A stretch of 64,000 nt of DNA from Bugula neritina (taxonomy: Eukaryota > Animalia > Bryozoa), in NCBI GenBank assembly GCA_964035545.1, contig OZ037769.1, forward strand, positions 7,421,929 to 7,485,928. Direction: 5' to 3'. Shown here piece after piece: positions 14,901 through 26,300 of the stretch. The notes beneath the pieces were generated by a model. It had not been told where the DNA came from, ran no database searches, and was given only the letters and a program-made list of their open reading frames with translations. Position 1 is the stretch's first letter. Each line of letters starts with the position of its first letter. A program made the position numbers and the translations under genes.

Positions 14901-17666
14901 GCAGAAGTGTGGGTTTCGATTATATTATAGTTAAGGAGTAGAAGAATGCAATTCTGTTCACTGTTACATCAAGTTGCTGCAATTAGTAACTACGTATGGG
15001 TAAAATATTACATGGTGCATAACTCCCAGTTTTTAACTCTCAATCCAAACATACTATGTTCACAAAAATACACTACAACTCTTGAACGTCTTCATTTTTA
15101 CACATCCAAGAAATCTAGCTCTTTGAACTTGTCCATCACGTACCCAAAGCTTTCATGTTTCAGTTATATATGTGTTGCCCAATTGATTGGAAATCTTGCT
15201 TTAATCAAAGTGAGATTAGCTATAGATTATGCTCACACACCAGCAGAAATTCTAAGCAAAGTTGCAGAATATAATATTTACTATAATATAATATTTACTA
15301 TATGCCAGTGAGCTCTGGCCACACAGAAACGCTAAATTTTTGCAGTAATAAAAGGCACAAAATCATTTGCTGAGTCATAAAAACATTCTGACAAATTTAC
15401 TTATATTTTATCTGTATTTAAGAATTTAAAAACTATTTAGAATTAGGGAGTCACTTGTGCTGGTATAGTAATTAGAATTAACTGAATTTAAAAAATCTTT
15501 GGCAGATTAGATGGCAACCAACAAGCTAGCGGTATCTTGCAGCAACGAAGAGAAATTCCAGTTCTAAATTTAAGAAGGCATAGATGTTTGGCTACAAAAC
15601 ACAACTACAAAGTAAAATATGTCAACTTCCATGAAAAAAGCAAATTATGATGAACCTTTTATGTTATGTTTTGCATGTGCCAGCAGAAGTAGTCATATAT
15701 TTTAGTACATGATTTTAGTACATCGAAGTGTGTGGAAAGACAACTTCAAATATATAATTACTTGCTCCACTATATTACATCATGTTTGAGACCCAGCACT
15801 TACTTCTTTCATGTTTATATCAAGTTATAATCAATGTGATAATTTACTATTAACATATCTAGCGGTAGGTTAAGATTGCTACACAATTAGTATAATGTCA
15901 CAACTACATTTAAAAATGTGCGGAGAAAAATACTAAAAACTGTAATTTAATAAAGTATAACTTATTAGAGCAGATGAAGTAGCAAGTCTGAGCAACAGGG
16001 TAACTGTGAAATTAACATATTAATAAAGCATATTACGATTTTCTACAGTATTGATCAATATTTTATTAGTGCAATAAGTTGCTTATGACAATAAAAACAA
16101 ATTTTAAATAAATAAAGTTCCCTAAGTTATAGTTTGTGTATGAAAGGTTACTCAAGTTACTCATAAATTGTGCAGTTACAGCTAAATTAACCTGTTAGGA
16201 TATAATTTAGCTTCCAGTAACTTGGCTCATGCTTCTAAACTTTGCCCTGACAATAGGAAAAAAGGGCAAACTCTGATTATTGAAATCCAATTATGTAGTG
16301 GAGAAAGTTTAGCTTAGGTTAAATTTAAATAGGATAACACACGACAAAATGAAATTCAATCAATAACGCTATTTATTTAGAAGAAAACAATACCTAAGTA
16401 TAGGCTATTTTAGACTTGCATAGAAAGTTGTGATGTAATATAAATTCATTTCATTATTTAAAATATGGCTAGCTAAAGAGTCAATTAAGGCAAAGGCAAA
16501 ATAAATTGGCAATTACGCTATTATAGCATGTTTAAAGCATTATATATAAATTAATTATACTGAATATGTGAACAAGATTACAATTAAATATTATATTTGC
16601 ACTAAAGTAAAAATGTTATTTTTAATTATTTGAAAATATTGATAATTAAAATATAAATGTGCTTCCAAGAAATTATAAAAAAAAAATTAATTTAATTATT
16701 CAAAGTTATGTTTTTACTTTTATTATAGTAGCAAAAGCTGTCCTTTTTCATTTTCAAAACCTGAGATCTTTTTATTCTTCAAAACACTATATAAAAATAA
16801 AACTTATTTTCTGCTATAAGATCCCTACTCATGGAGAATTTGTATGAGATTGGAAAGCACTCTTAAATTCAATGTAAAATTTTTTCTCAGTTATTGTCAA
16901 TAACAAAGGCACCTATTTTTATAAACAATACTGAAATACACGACAGAATACTTATATACACGCCGACAACAAAGTTCAAAATTATGTTTAAAAGTTATAG
17001 CAAATAAACTTAATTGTTCTAAATAATAAATTTAACAAACTTCTAAAAATATTTGCTTCAAGGTTTTTTCGAACCCTTGGTTGTTAGTTTGATTTCTGCA
17101 TATGAAAGTAAATTCAAATAGTTCCACATTCCCAATAGCAGAGTGATGGGGGGGGGGGGGTGGAGGGGGTGATATAAGTTAGAAACACTAAATCAATACA
17201 ATAATTGAATAAGGTTAGAGCATTGTACAAACTGTGGCTGTCAAAAATTCAGCTTATATTAAGACATCAATATTATTTTATAGCATGCTTATGGGATTTT
17301 CTCATCAACTTTGAAATGGAGATAGAAGCTATTCAACTCATGGGCAGACATTACACTTGCCCCAATTGATTGTTGAAACTATAGTGACAAAAGTTAACAT
17401 TATTCTAAAAGCAAATAGGCACAATTAGCAACAGGTCAAAAATAGTGCTGATTGAAAATAAAATTCGTATATACTGTAAAGTGTAAAGTAATAAATTTCT
17501 AAATGGTAAATCAACTAAATGTGTATAAAGTGGGGGTATTAAAATTGAGTTATTATATAATTATAATTTTTAAGATGGAGCTGTATAATTACAACTGCTT
17601 GCACTATGCAGGGCTCATAAAATATAGAATTGTTTGGATACTTTAGTTTGGATCAAAATACACATC

Positions 17667-17781
17667 AAATATGCTTTAATAAAAATATGAATTTTTTTTA
17701 TTGCGAAGGTGAGGGCAATGGTACGTGGTCTTGTGAAAAAGAGGGGACAACCCCCAAAACATCTGCTGCCTATCAATTGAG
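17667..17781 (+). pseudogene. Decayed copy of the hammerhead-bearing repeat at 19194-19307 (catalytic core mutated)
   Basis: Aligns by eye to 19194-19307 (aaatatgcttta..tattgcgaaggtg.gggc.atggtacg..gaggggacaa.ccc.aaaca.ctgctg..attgag). CTGATGA is replaced by AAAAAGA and GAAA by AAAA. Confidence 0.8.
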
Positions 17782-18695
17782 TTGGATTAATACTTGAAGA
17801 ATATCATAAAATTGCATTAGACTTTAAATAAAAGTAGACTTTTATGTTGCATAACAGGTTTTAAAATGGAATTTGAAAATTTATTTAGTGCCATTTAAAA
17901 CACAAACTTTTCTGGCCAATAAAACTTTACTTTATAATTTAGAGAAGCTTCCAATAAATTATAAACAGTGTTTTAATGAACATATGTATAATTGTTTAGA
18001 AGAAATTTCACTACAAGCAAGTTAAAATTTTTAGAGAATAGTTGAAGTTATAGATGCACATGTAACAGCACACGATTTTAAACTATCACATATTGATTTT
18101 ATTAAAATACTGTTTGTTAGATCAAGGATTATAAATTATTTCATTCATATATTTTTAGCTGTAAGTGTTTATTAACCTTAAATTAGCACAATAGAAATGT
18201 CAATTTTTCAAAAATGAACCATAATTGTTTACCTGGAATTTATGTTCAAAACATTCTATTTTTCATTTTAAACTAAGATTATAAAAGACTTACATTCAGT
18301 ATTTAAAATTTTAGAACTTCAACTATATATATTTAGCATTATTATTAGAGTTAATGTGGAGTTTTTGACTGAACTCAAATATTCTACAAAATGTCAGTTG
18401 TTCCCTAGACTTGTGTGAGCTGACTATAATTAACTTAGTAAGATTTTCTGCCAGATTTTACAAGTTAAAAACCAAACTTATTCAAATTAACATAACGGTC
18501 ACTAAAATCAGATTGCTATATTGTAATAGCAAAATTCAATTTCAATTAAATAATATAATCAATGAAAAACAAATACCAACTATAAAAAAGCTGTTGTAAA
18601 CAACTGCATTGTGTCCGTTAGTTTTGCATTATAAATAATTACTTATATATATATATATATATATATTAGAAGAAATAAAATGAGATTTGATTAAT

Positions 18696-18766
18696 ATAAT
18701 GGCATTTATTACTAGTAGTTTCGTACACAAGAACAATGTGCACTCGTCAGATAAATTAGCCACTAT
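18696..18766 (-). ncRNA. Type I hammerhead ribozyme, exact inverted copy
   Basis: Exact reverse complement of 18773-18843; predicted cleavage 3' of position 18710 on the - strand. Confidence 0.9.
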
Positions 18767-18772
18767 GGTTGC

Positions 18773-18843
18773 ATAGTGGCTAATTTATCTGACGAGTGCA
18801 CATTGTTCTTGTGTACGAAACTACTAGTAATAAATGCCATTAT
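18773..18843 (+). ncRNA. Type I hammerhead ribozyme (GUA cleavage triplet)
   Basis: Stem I 5' ATAGTGGC-TA-ATTTAT; core CTGACGA (18789-18795); stem II GTGCACA/TGTGTAC with loop TTGTTCT; GAA; stem III ACT/AGT with loop ACT; A17 at 18829; stem I 3' ATAAAT-GCCATTAT. Confidence 0.9.
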
Positions 18844-18934
18844 ATTAATCAAATCTCATTTTATTTCTTCTAATGTTTACGCTCTAGATTTATTTCTATA
18901 GAGCACTCTAGTAACGTTTTATAAACACTCATTT

Positions 18935-18937
<3 letters not shown>

Positions 18938-19030
<93 letters not shown>
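18938..19030. repeat. (TA)n microsatellite; further tracts at about 18644-18665 and 19308-19338
   Basis: Directly visible. Confidence 0.98.
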
Positions 19031-19033
<3 letters not shown>

Positions 19034-19255
19034 TAGATATTATGCTCTCATTTAATGCTCAGCAATGACATTAAATGATTGAGCACTCTCACCATGGTCA
19101 CAAACTCAAGCTGCTAGCATTTTGCAATGCTCGTGACTCCTAGGTGACCCCTAGAGTCACTTGAGCACTCTGGCTTGAATTTACACACCTTTTAAATATG
19201 CTTTAGTAAAACTATAAGTTTTACTATTGCGAAGGTGTGGGCCATGGTACGCTGT

Positions 19256-19302
19256 TCTGTGCTGATGAGGGGACAAATCCCGAAACAGCTGCTGTCCACA
19301 GA
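19256..19302 (+). ncRNA. Minimal type I hammerhead ribozyme (GUC cleavage triplet), second family
   Basis: TCTGTG - CTGATGA - GGGG acaaa TCCC - GAA - ACAG ctg CTGT - C - CACAGA. All three stems pair and the core is intact. Predicted cut after C19296; (AT)n follows from 19308. Confidence 0.92.
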
Positions 19303-19304
19303 TT

Positions 19305-19342
<38 letters not shown>

Positions 19343-20848
19343 AACACAAAACTAGAGATGCTGAGAACTTTTTTATATAACAAATAAATAAAATTAATTA
19401 CCTACCAAAACTAATGTTAGATTATTGTAATACTAATTACTTTCTGTCTGCGTAATGACTTTCTTAACACTCGGATGCGGAACCTTAGAGTTTTATTTGG
19501 CTTGGGTTAAATAATTAATGATTTGCAATTAAAGTCTAATATTGCATTATTTTGTAAACAACAAAATTTTCATGCTACATCTATCTACTAAAACTAATTC
19601 ATTTGCAAAAAAACTTAAATTGATAATAATTTACCTATATAACTAAGGCTTTATTACCTCTGACTAAACAGTTTTAGACTATTGTTCTGTTTAATGTTGC
19701 TAGTTGTTGATGCTTATGTTTTATTCAAACAATTATGTGACATTTTATGACATTTTATCATTTGTATAATTTGTAGATCACTATGTTTGATGTCTGACTG
19801 ACACAATATTATGTTTGTTGTATTCTACTTGTAGTGTTTCTACACATGTATACCTCTCCATCATCATTTTGTGTGATTTATTTACAGATGTTCTTCTTAT
19901 ATTTCAGTACAATCTCTAGCATAGAAAGTTAAACAAAATTTGTATTACATTAAATAGCCTTTATAAAAAAAACTATCCATTTCTTCACCCATTGACACTC
20001 CACAATAAATATAATATTTGTGAAATGTTTTTACCAGTAAATAAAAATTTAAACTTTGACAAAGAGTAAGTTTAGCCCTATCCCTTACGTCATTATTAAA
20101 TTATTATCACTATGCTATTAGTATTAGTATTATGATCATTATTATTACTATTAATATCATAATTATTAGTAGTATATTTTATAATAAGTATAACTACAAG
20201 AAAAATAATAAAAATAGAATCATAATGATTTAGTCATTTAATTGTACTATAAGTAAAACTAGAAGTAAATTACTATAACTATAGGTATAAGTATAACTAC
20301 TACTATTACTGTAGTGAAATTAGCGCTAGTTTGCTAAGCCATATTAGCTACACTAAGAAAAGCTTTCTACAGCACAGCCAGTGCTAACTCTGGCACTTGG
20401 CAATAGTTGGTGCTAGTGAACTGGTGTAATTTTAAGAGAGCAAAATAAGTAAGTTATTTACATTAATTATATTGTTTCCTTTTTGTTTATTGTTTATTTA
20501 TGTTTATCCTGATCATGTAAGTTTGAATTGCAATAATTGTAGTCTTGACGATGTCAATAGGATGTCAATAGAAGTATAATAAAACATAATAAAGAACATC
20601 AGTGAAGAGTTAATGCTCAACTCAAAGCCTAGTTCACTACAATTACTATCAACAACACTTATTACTTATAGTTAAATTAGTTATTACTTGTAGACTATAG
20701 TTATTAGTAATACTAATACTAATAGTAATACTAATACTCACTCTCTGTAATAGTAATACAGTAATACTAATAGTAACACTAAGTCTAATACTAATAGTAA
20801 TACTAATAAGTAATAACAATAGTAATAATAGTACTAATATTAATAGTA

Positions 20849-21299
20849 ATACTAAATCTAATAGAAATATTTATACTTATAGTACTTTAGTAGTAGTAGT
20901 ACTTTGGTTCAAATAAATTTAAAGCTGTACTAATACTAATAGTAATACTATTACTATTAGTATTAGTAATACTATTAGTATTAGTAATACTATTAGTATT
21001 AGTATCACTATTAGTAATAGTGATACTAATACTAATAGTAATACTAATAGTAATAGTATTACTATTACTATTACTAATAGTAATAGTAATACTATTACTA
21101 TTAGTATTATTATTAGTATTAGTATCACTATTACTAATAGTGATACTAATACTAATAGTATTACTAATACTAATAGTATTACTAATACTAATAGTAATAG
21201 TATTACTATTAGTATTAGTACAGCTTTAAATTTATTTGAACCAAAGTACTACTACTACTAAAGTACTATAAGTATAAATATTTCTATTAGATTTAGTAT
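20849..21299. repeat. About 451-bp near-perfect palindrome centred at 21074, mostly TAATAC/TAATAG low-complexity units with unique outer arms
   Basis: The outer arms (..gtagtagtactttggttcaaataaatttaaagctgtac.. / ..gtacagctttaaatttatttgaaccaaagtactactac..) are reverse complements. Mirror ORFs 20919-21128(-) and 21020-21229(+) differ at only two residues. Confidence 0.92.
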
Positions 21300-21609
21300 A
21301 AATTTAAAGTTGTACTAATACTAATAGTATTAGTATTAGTACAACTTTAAATTTATTTGAACCAAAGTGCGATTGCTACCACAATTATATAAAATGTGTG
21401 ACAATTTGAAGAGACGCTTTAATGTAATTTACTAAAGTACTATAAGTATAAATATTTCTATTAGATTTAGTATAAATTTAAAGTTGTACTAATACTAATA
21501 GTATTAGTACCTATTAGTACAACTTTAAATTTATTTGAACCAAAGTGCGATTGCTACCACAATTATATAAAATGTGTGACAATTTGAAGAGACGCTTTAA
21601 TGTAATTTA
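21258..21609. repeat. Tandem duplication (about 175-bp unit x2), each unit holding a roughly 55-bp hairpin
   Basis: ctaaagtactataag...gagacgctttaatgtaattta occurs at 21258-21431 and 21432-21609. Each has the internal palindrome aaatttaaagttgtactaata...tattagtacaactttaaattt. Confidence 0.9.
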
Positions 21610-21629
21610 TTATACTGATTGTTTATTTA

Positions 21630-21930
21630 GAACGTTCGCGTTACTCACCCGTGGCTGTTGTAGTAATTGCTACTAGTGTTGCGCGTAGACAGCTTTATTA
21701 TTTTGATTACAAATGGCTGCTTCACTACCACGATGAATAGAGTTATCCTGCGTTAATTTCTGTGGGAAATCCATGATTTGTTGTAGGTAACACTTTGCAA
21801 AGAAAAAGAGCTGATTGGTGGAAACCGAAGTTGCGGTTCCACACGGACAACTGATCATTGAGCAAATCATATACGCGACCAGGTGTTTGAAATTAGTGGA
21901 AGTGCCGAAGGAAAAACCGATTTGGTAAGC
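21630..21930. promoter_or_regulatory. Probable promoter and non-coding first exon of the RASSF gene, possibly bidirectional
   Basis: Local CpG enrichment inside low-complexity AT DNA. + strand donor TTG|GTAAGC at 21925 could pair with acceptor CACAG at 23325. - strand donor CGG|GTGAGT at 21648. Confidence 0.5.
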
Positions 21931-23385
21931 TACTAACTCTGGGCTAACATTTTAAAGCATAATTATGTCAGTGTTATTTTTTTTAAACAAATTCAAGCAA
22001 TTTTTATGATATTTATCAAGTTGAAACTATGCTGACAGTCAAAATCATACTGATTTTCGTAAGGCTAGTCATAATGATAAAACTGACTCTGACTCTGAGC
22101 GTAACTCAAACTCACTAACTGAAAGTGAAAGTCATAGTCATAGTGATAGTCATACTCATACTCATACATCATTATCATACTCGTACTGATACTGTCATAC
22201 TCATACTGATAGTGATGATACTCATAAGTCATAAGACATAACATTAACATAGTCGTACTCATAAGCTTAAAACTGATGAAGTTCAACAGTAACTGTAAGT
22301 CAAAGTGTAACATAAGCTAAAGCAGTAAGTGTAACTGTAAGACTTAGACTAACTGGAACTCTAAATCAAAGTTTAACTCACACTCATAATCATAATTATT
22401 ATGATAATTATATTCATACAGATAGTGATTAGCCATTAACTTTAAGATTAAACCAAGAGTCTTGGTAAAAGCAAAACTAACCCTATGCCTGGTCAGGTGT
22501 CACTATCGACGACTTTTAGTCAGTAACTGTAGCTGTAAGTCACGTTGACATTCACATTGACTTAGAGTATCATGGACAATAAATAGTGAATAAATTTAAT
22601 GTTTATACTTATAGTTATACTTGTAGTTATAATTTAAGCTTGTAGTAATAGTCACTAGTAACATTTAAAGCTATACCTATACTCATACATACTTATACTT
22701 ATACATACTCATAGTGATACTGATAGTATAACAAAAAGTATAAGTAGTAGTATTACTATAACTCTAAGTATAACTTACATTGAGTTTTACTTTTACTATT
22801 AATAATGTTAATAGTATTACTATGTCTATTAGTATTACATAGTATCAACTATCACTATCTTAATCTGTGATACTAAGTGTATTACTATTGGTATTACTAT
22901 TCATAGTAGGCCTACTACCACTAGTACAGTATTAGTTATGCTTATAAACTTGACTTACTCTTGGTATTACACAGTATGACTATAACTTATAGTTTTACCC
23001 AGAGTTAGATTTAGATAATATTGCGATTGTCTGTATTACTAATACTATTACTATTAGTGCCAAGCATAATATTGATTATAATAATTAAGATTTAAGATTA
23101 AGAATAAAATACTAAATTAATGATACTGAAATTCAAAATAGAAAACAAAAGCTTTAAATAACCTACGTGTGTACATTTTTCCTTCGATGGTGTTACATGT
23201 ACCTAATTCATAATCCTTGCCCAATTATTACCCTTATGGTCACTGTAATAAATCTTGTGATAAATTTTAATTGATTAGATATTTTTATAATACATTGAAA
23301 TGAATTTTATATAATTGTCTCACAGGTTTTCTGTTACATCTGTTTAGGAAAAAGGAAGTATTTGTGTGACTTACAAACAAATATA

Positions 23386-26300
23386 ATGGAATCGTCAGCA
23401 GCAGAAAGTTCTGCAAGTCATTTTGGAGTCAAGTTACGAAAGGTCACAGGTTCAGGTTCAAATGAGAAAATTAACATCACAGCTGGAATAACCAGAAGGT
23501 CCACACCAAGCCCTGCTGGCTCTTACAGCTCACTGAATAGTGATAGTGGGACTGGAAAGTCTAGTGGGAGGCGACCTGCTAGTGCACTAAGTAACCAAGT
23601 AGCCCTTAGACAAGAAATAGCTGAAAAACAGGCGATAGAAAGACGGAAGAAATGTAGTAGTACCAGCAGTCGCTCATGGGATAGCAAATCTAAGCCTGCA
23701 ATTCCACCAAAACCCGTCTTGAAGAACAGTTCCTCATTAGGAAGTATATCTAAACCGAGTGGCAATGGTGGTGTGATCCGTAAACCCATTGTGACTCGTA
23801 GGAGGTCACCTGATACTAGTGGATCACCCAGTAGAAGTAGCAAAGCTTTTAAAGAAGTCTCTAAATTTGGCGATAAACCTGAAACTGAAAAATCCTGGCT
23901 TGACCCACTCTATAAGAAGTATGAAGAAGTTACGCCTTTAGTGCAATCACTCTATCATCATATCACAAAGGTGCTAGAAGTTCAAGGTCAGTGTACTACA
24001 CCTCAACCTTTTATATAATAATCTTAGTCTTCGGTGTAATACAATTCAGTTTATAACAGAATGCATTTTAGCATAATTTTGATTATACATCTCAGTCTAC
24101 TATATAATACATTTCAGCCTACTTATAATACACCTTCCCATTTATATAATACAATTCAGCCCTAGATATAATACATCTTGCTGGTCTTGGCTACACTTCA
24201 ACCACATGCAAAATAGTCTACATCCTCCACTCTAAGTAAAATACACTTGACCAGCTCTAATAAGGAGTACTGGAATGTAGTGTGTTGACTAGATATATTG
24301 ATATATGTAATCTCAGCTTACACATCCTTAAGATCAACGATAGAACATTCTAGAAACATTTATGCCACATGTGTGGCTAGATGTCTATCTTTTTTGGCAA
24401 ATATTGAAAGTTATTGCATCTGATATTCTATTAATAGAATAATTGCTGTTTAACATAACAAAAGATAAAACCTATTATAATGGTCTGTTTGTTTGTTAGC
24501 CTCAGATGTATACTGCAAACATTACGTTAAGACTGTGATGTACAGATTAATGGCTATAGTTGAAAATTAGGCACATTATTTCCAGCAATACTGCTACTGA
24601 TTTTTATAATCATTAATAGACCTTCTGTGATGCTATATTTTTAATTGCTATTCCTGCCCGTAATTATAGTTTCTTAGAGCAGTAATTGTAAAAAGTATCT
24701 CCCTTTCTTATTGGATACTCAATAGTAAACATCTTTCTAATTGGATAATGATCCCATCAGTACATATTAATTACTGATTCTGCTAACTGCTTTCAAGTTC
24801 TTTGTTATAAACTGTAGTGGCCTACGCTCAGAGAATGTATCTGGAGTACCAGACTGACTACAACAAAGAGGCCAGGAAGTGGCGTAATGTCAGGTCAGTC
24901 ATCTCCCCTCGTAAGTGTTGGAAATTTTGTCATAACTGCAAGATATTTATGCTGCCGAATGGCTACCCAGTCTATATCTCTGTACTTACTGCTCAGGGAA
25001 CAGTCTTGCTGGATTTAAATGTTGCCAAGTTCTCATGTGCCTACCAGAGCTGTCCAAGACATATTTTTGACAAGTTTGTATTGAGAAACCAGCCACCTTC
25101 ATAACAACCTGCTATTCAGTGACGTTTTAGATAAAATTCTAAAAAAAAGACTTATAGTAGTAGCCTATAATGTATGTAGCTCCAGTGGGACGTTTATCAC
25201 ACAGTCCAGTGTTTCAGATGTGAGATGCTATTTAATTTGTAATCAGAATGAGACCAGAGGGTTGATATATTAATCAATACCTCTTCAGATCTCATCATTA
25301 TGAGAGCAGTTCAGCTGATACACGTAGCTATCTCCTATCTATATACACTTCAACCCAGCTCTCATTCTTTTTTCTCACTTGAATTTACATTTGATAAGTT
25401 TTAATAAGTCTTTAGAGGAAGAGGTTGATGGTGTTAAACAGTATGAAACCGTTACCATGCCTACCAATCTGTTATTATTGTATGTCTTCTACAGGTTGTC
25501 TCGCAGGGCCTGGCATTCTCACAACTTTCTGGCTGTCGGGCTGCCGGAGCCGACGTGGTGCGACATGTGCGCTGGTGTCATGTGGGGTAGATGTGTGGTC
25601 TGTCTACAATGTGTTAGTAAGTCTTCATCAAATCTATATTCATATTTTACCATTTACCTACACAGCTGAGTGCAAGAAAGCTGAATTTCTACGACATTTT
25701 TATTTTGCTGAATGTCTTTCATGTATTGATATTCAGCATTGACTGTTGTGTATGGTGTGTGGTATGTCCAGGAGGTAGAGTTAAAATTTCTTACAAACTG
25801 TTGGTATAGTTGCAGAGTTTATGAACTATGTGTCTTTGCAAGCCAGTTCTGTTCAGACAGGGTCTTTACTTTTTCTACTATGTTATAACACCAGTATGAT
25901 AGTCACTGAAAGATGAAATTATGGTTTTAGTATTGATATTAGCTGATGGTTGTGATAAAACAGTGTTAATCCAAGCTGGCAGGTATTAGTGCTAGTCACT
26001 GGAGTGTGCCAGTCATAAAACACATGAGTTGGCAAAATCACACATCCATGATAGCTGGAATGCCCCACATCCAAATAGTAGTGCTCTCACCATATCTCAT
26101 GACATTCCATAGGTCACGAGAAAGGCTTGAACCCGTTTTGTGGCTTATGTATGTGTGTATAGGGACAAAATGGCCAAATTTAACGGAGCTAAAGATGATA
26201 TTCTTCTGTGTCATGAGGTGAAATTTTGGGACCAGCAGCTTAGGGAGAAAGCACTGTAATACAAATTTATATAATGAATGAATATAATTGGTGAAGGAGC

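Larger units (their letters stand above)
18665..18937. mobile_element. Probable Penelope-like element pLTR or retrozyme remnant: inverted copy, direct copy and 63-nt tail, inserted in (TA)n
   Basis: Perfect inverted repeat 18665-18767 / 18772-18874 (103-bp arms, loop GTTG). The right copy continues to 18937. (TA)n flanks both sides (about 18644-18665 and 18938-19030). Each arm contains a hammerhead core. The family assignment is inference. Confidence 0.7.

Noticed and set aside
16200-18600. Possible decayed Penelope RT or GIY-YIG coding sequence (KQCFNEHM near 17963)
   Set aside because: One weak motif in AT-rich DNA full of stops; not supportable without an HMM search.
19463-19510. TTAA-bounded 47-bp segment as a piggyBac remnant
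   Set aside because: The terminal inverted match is too short and TTAA is common in this DNA.
20919-21229. Two hydrophobic I/L/V-only ORFs on opposite strands
   Set aside because: They are translations of a palindromic TAATAC/TAATAG repeat, with GTG starts; not membrane proteins.
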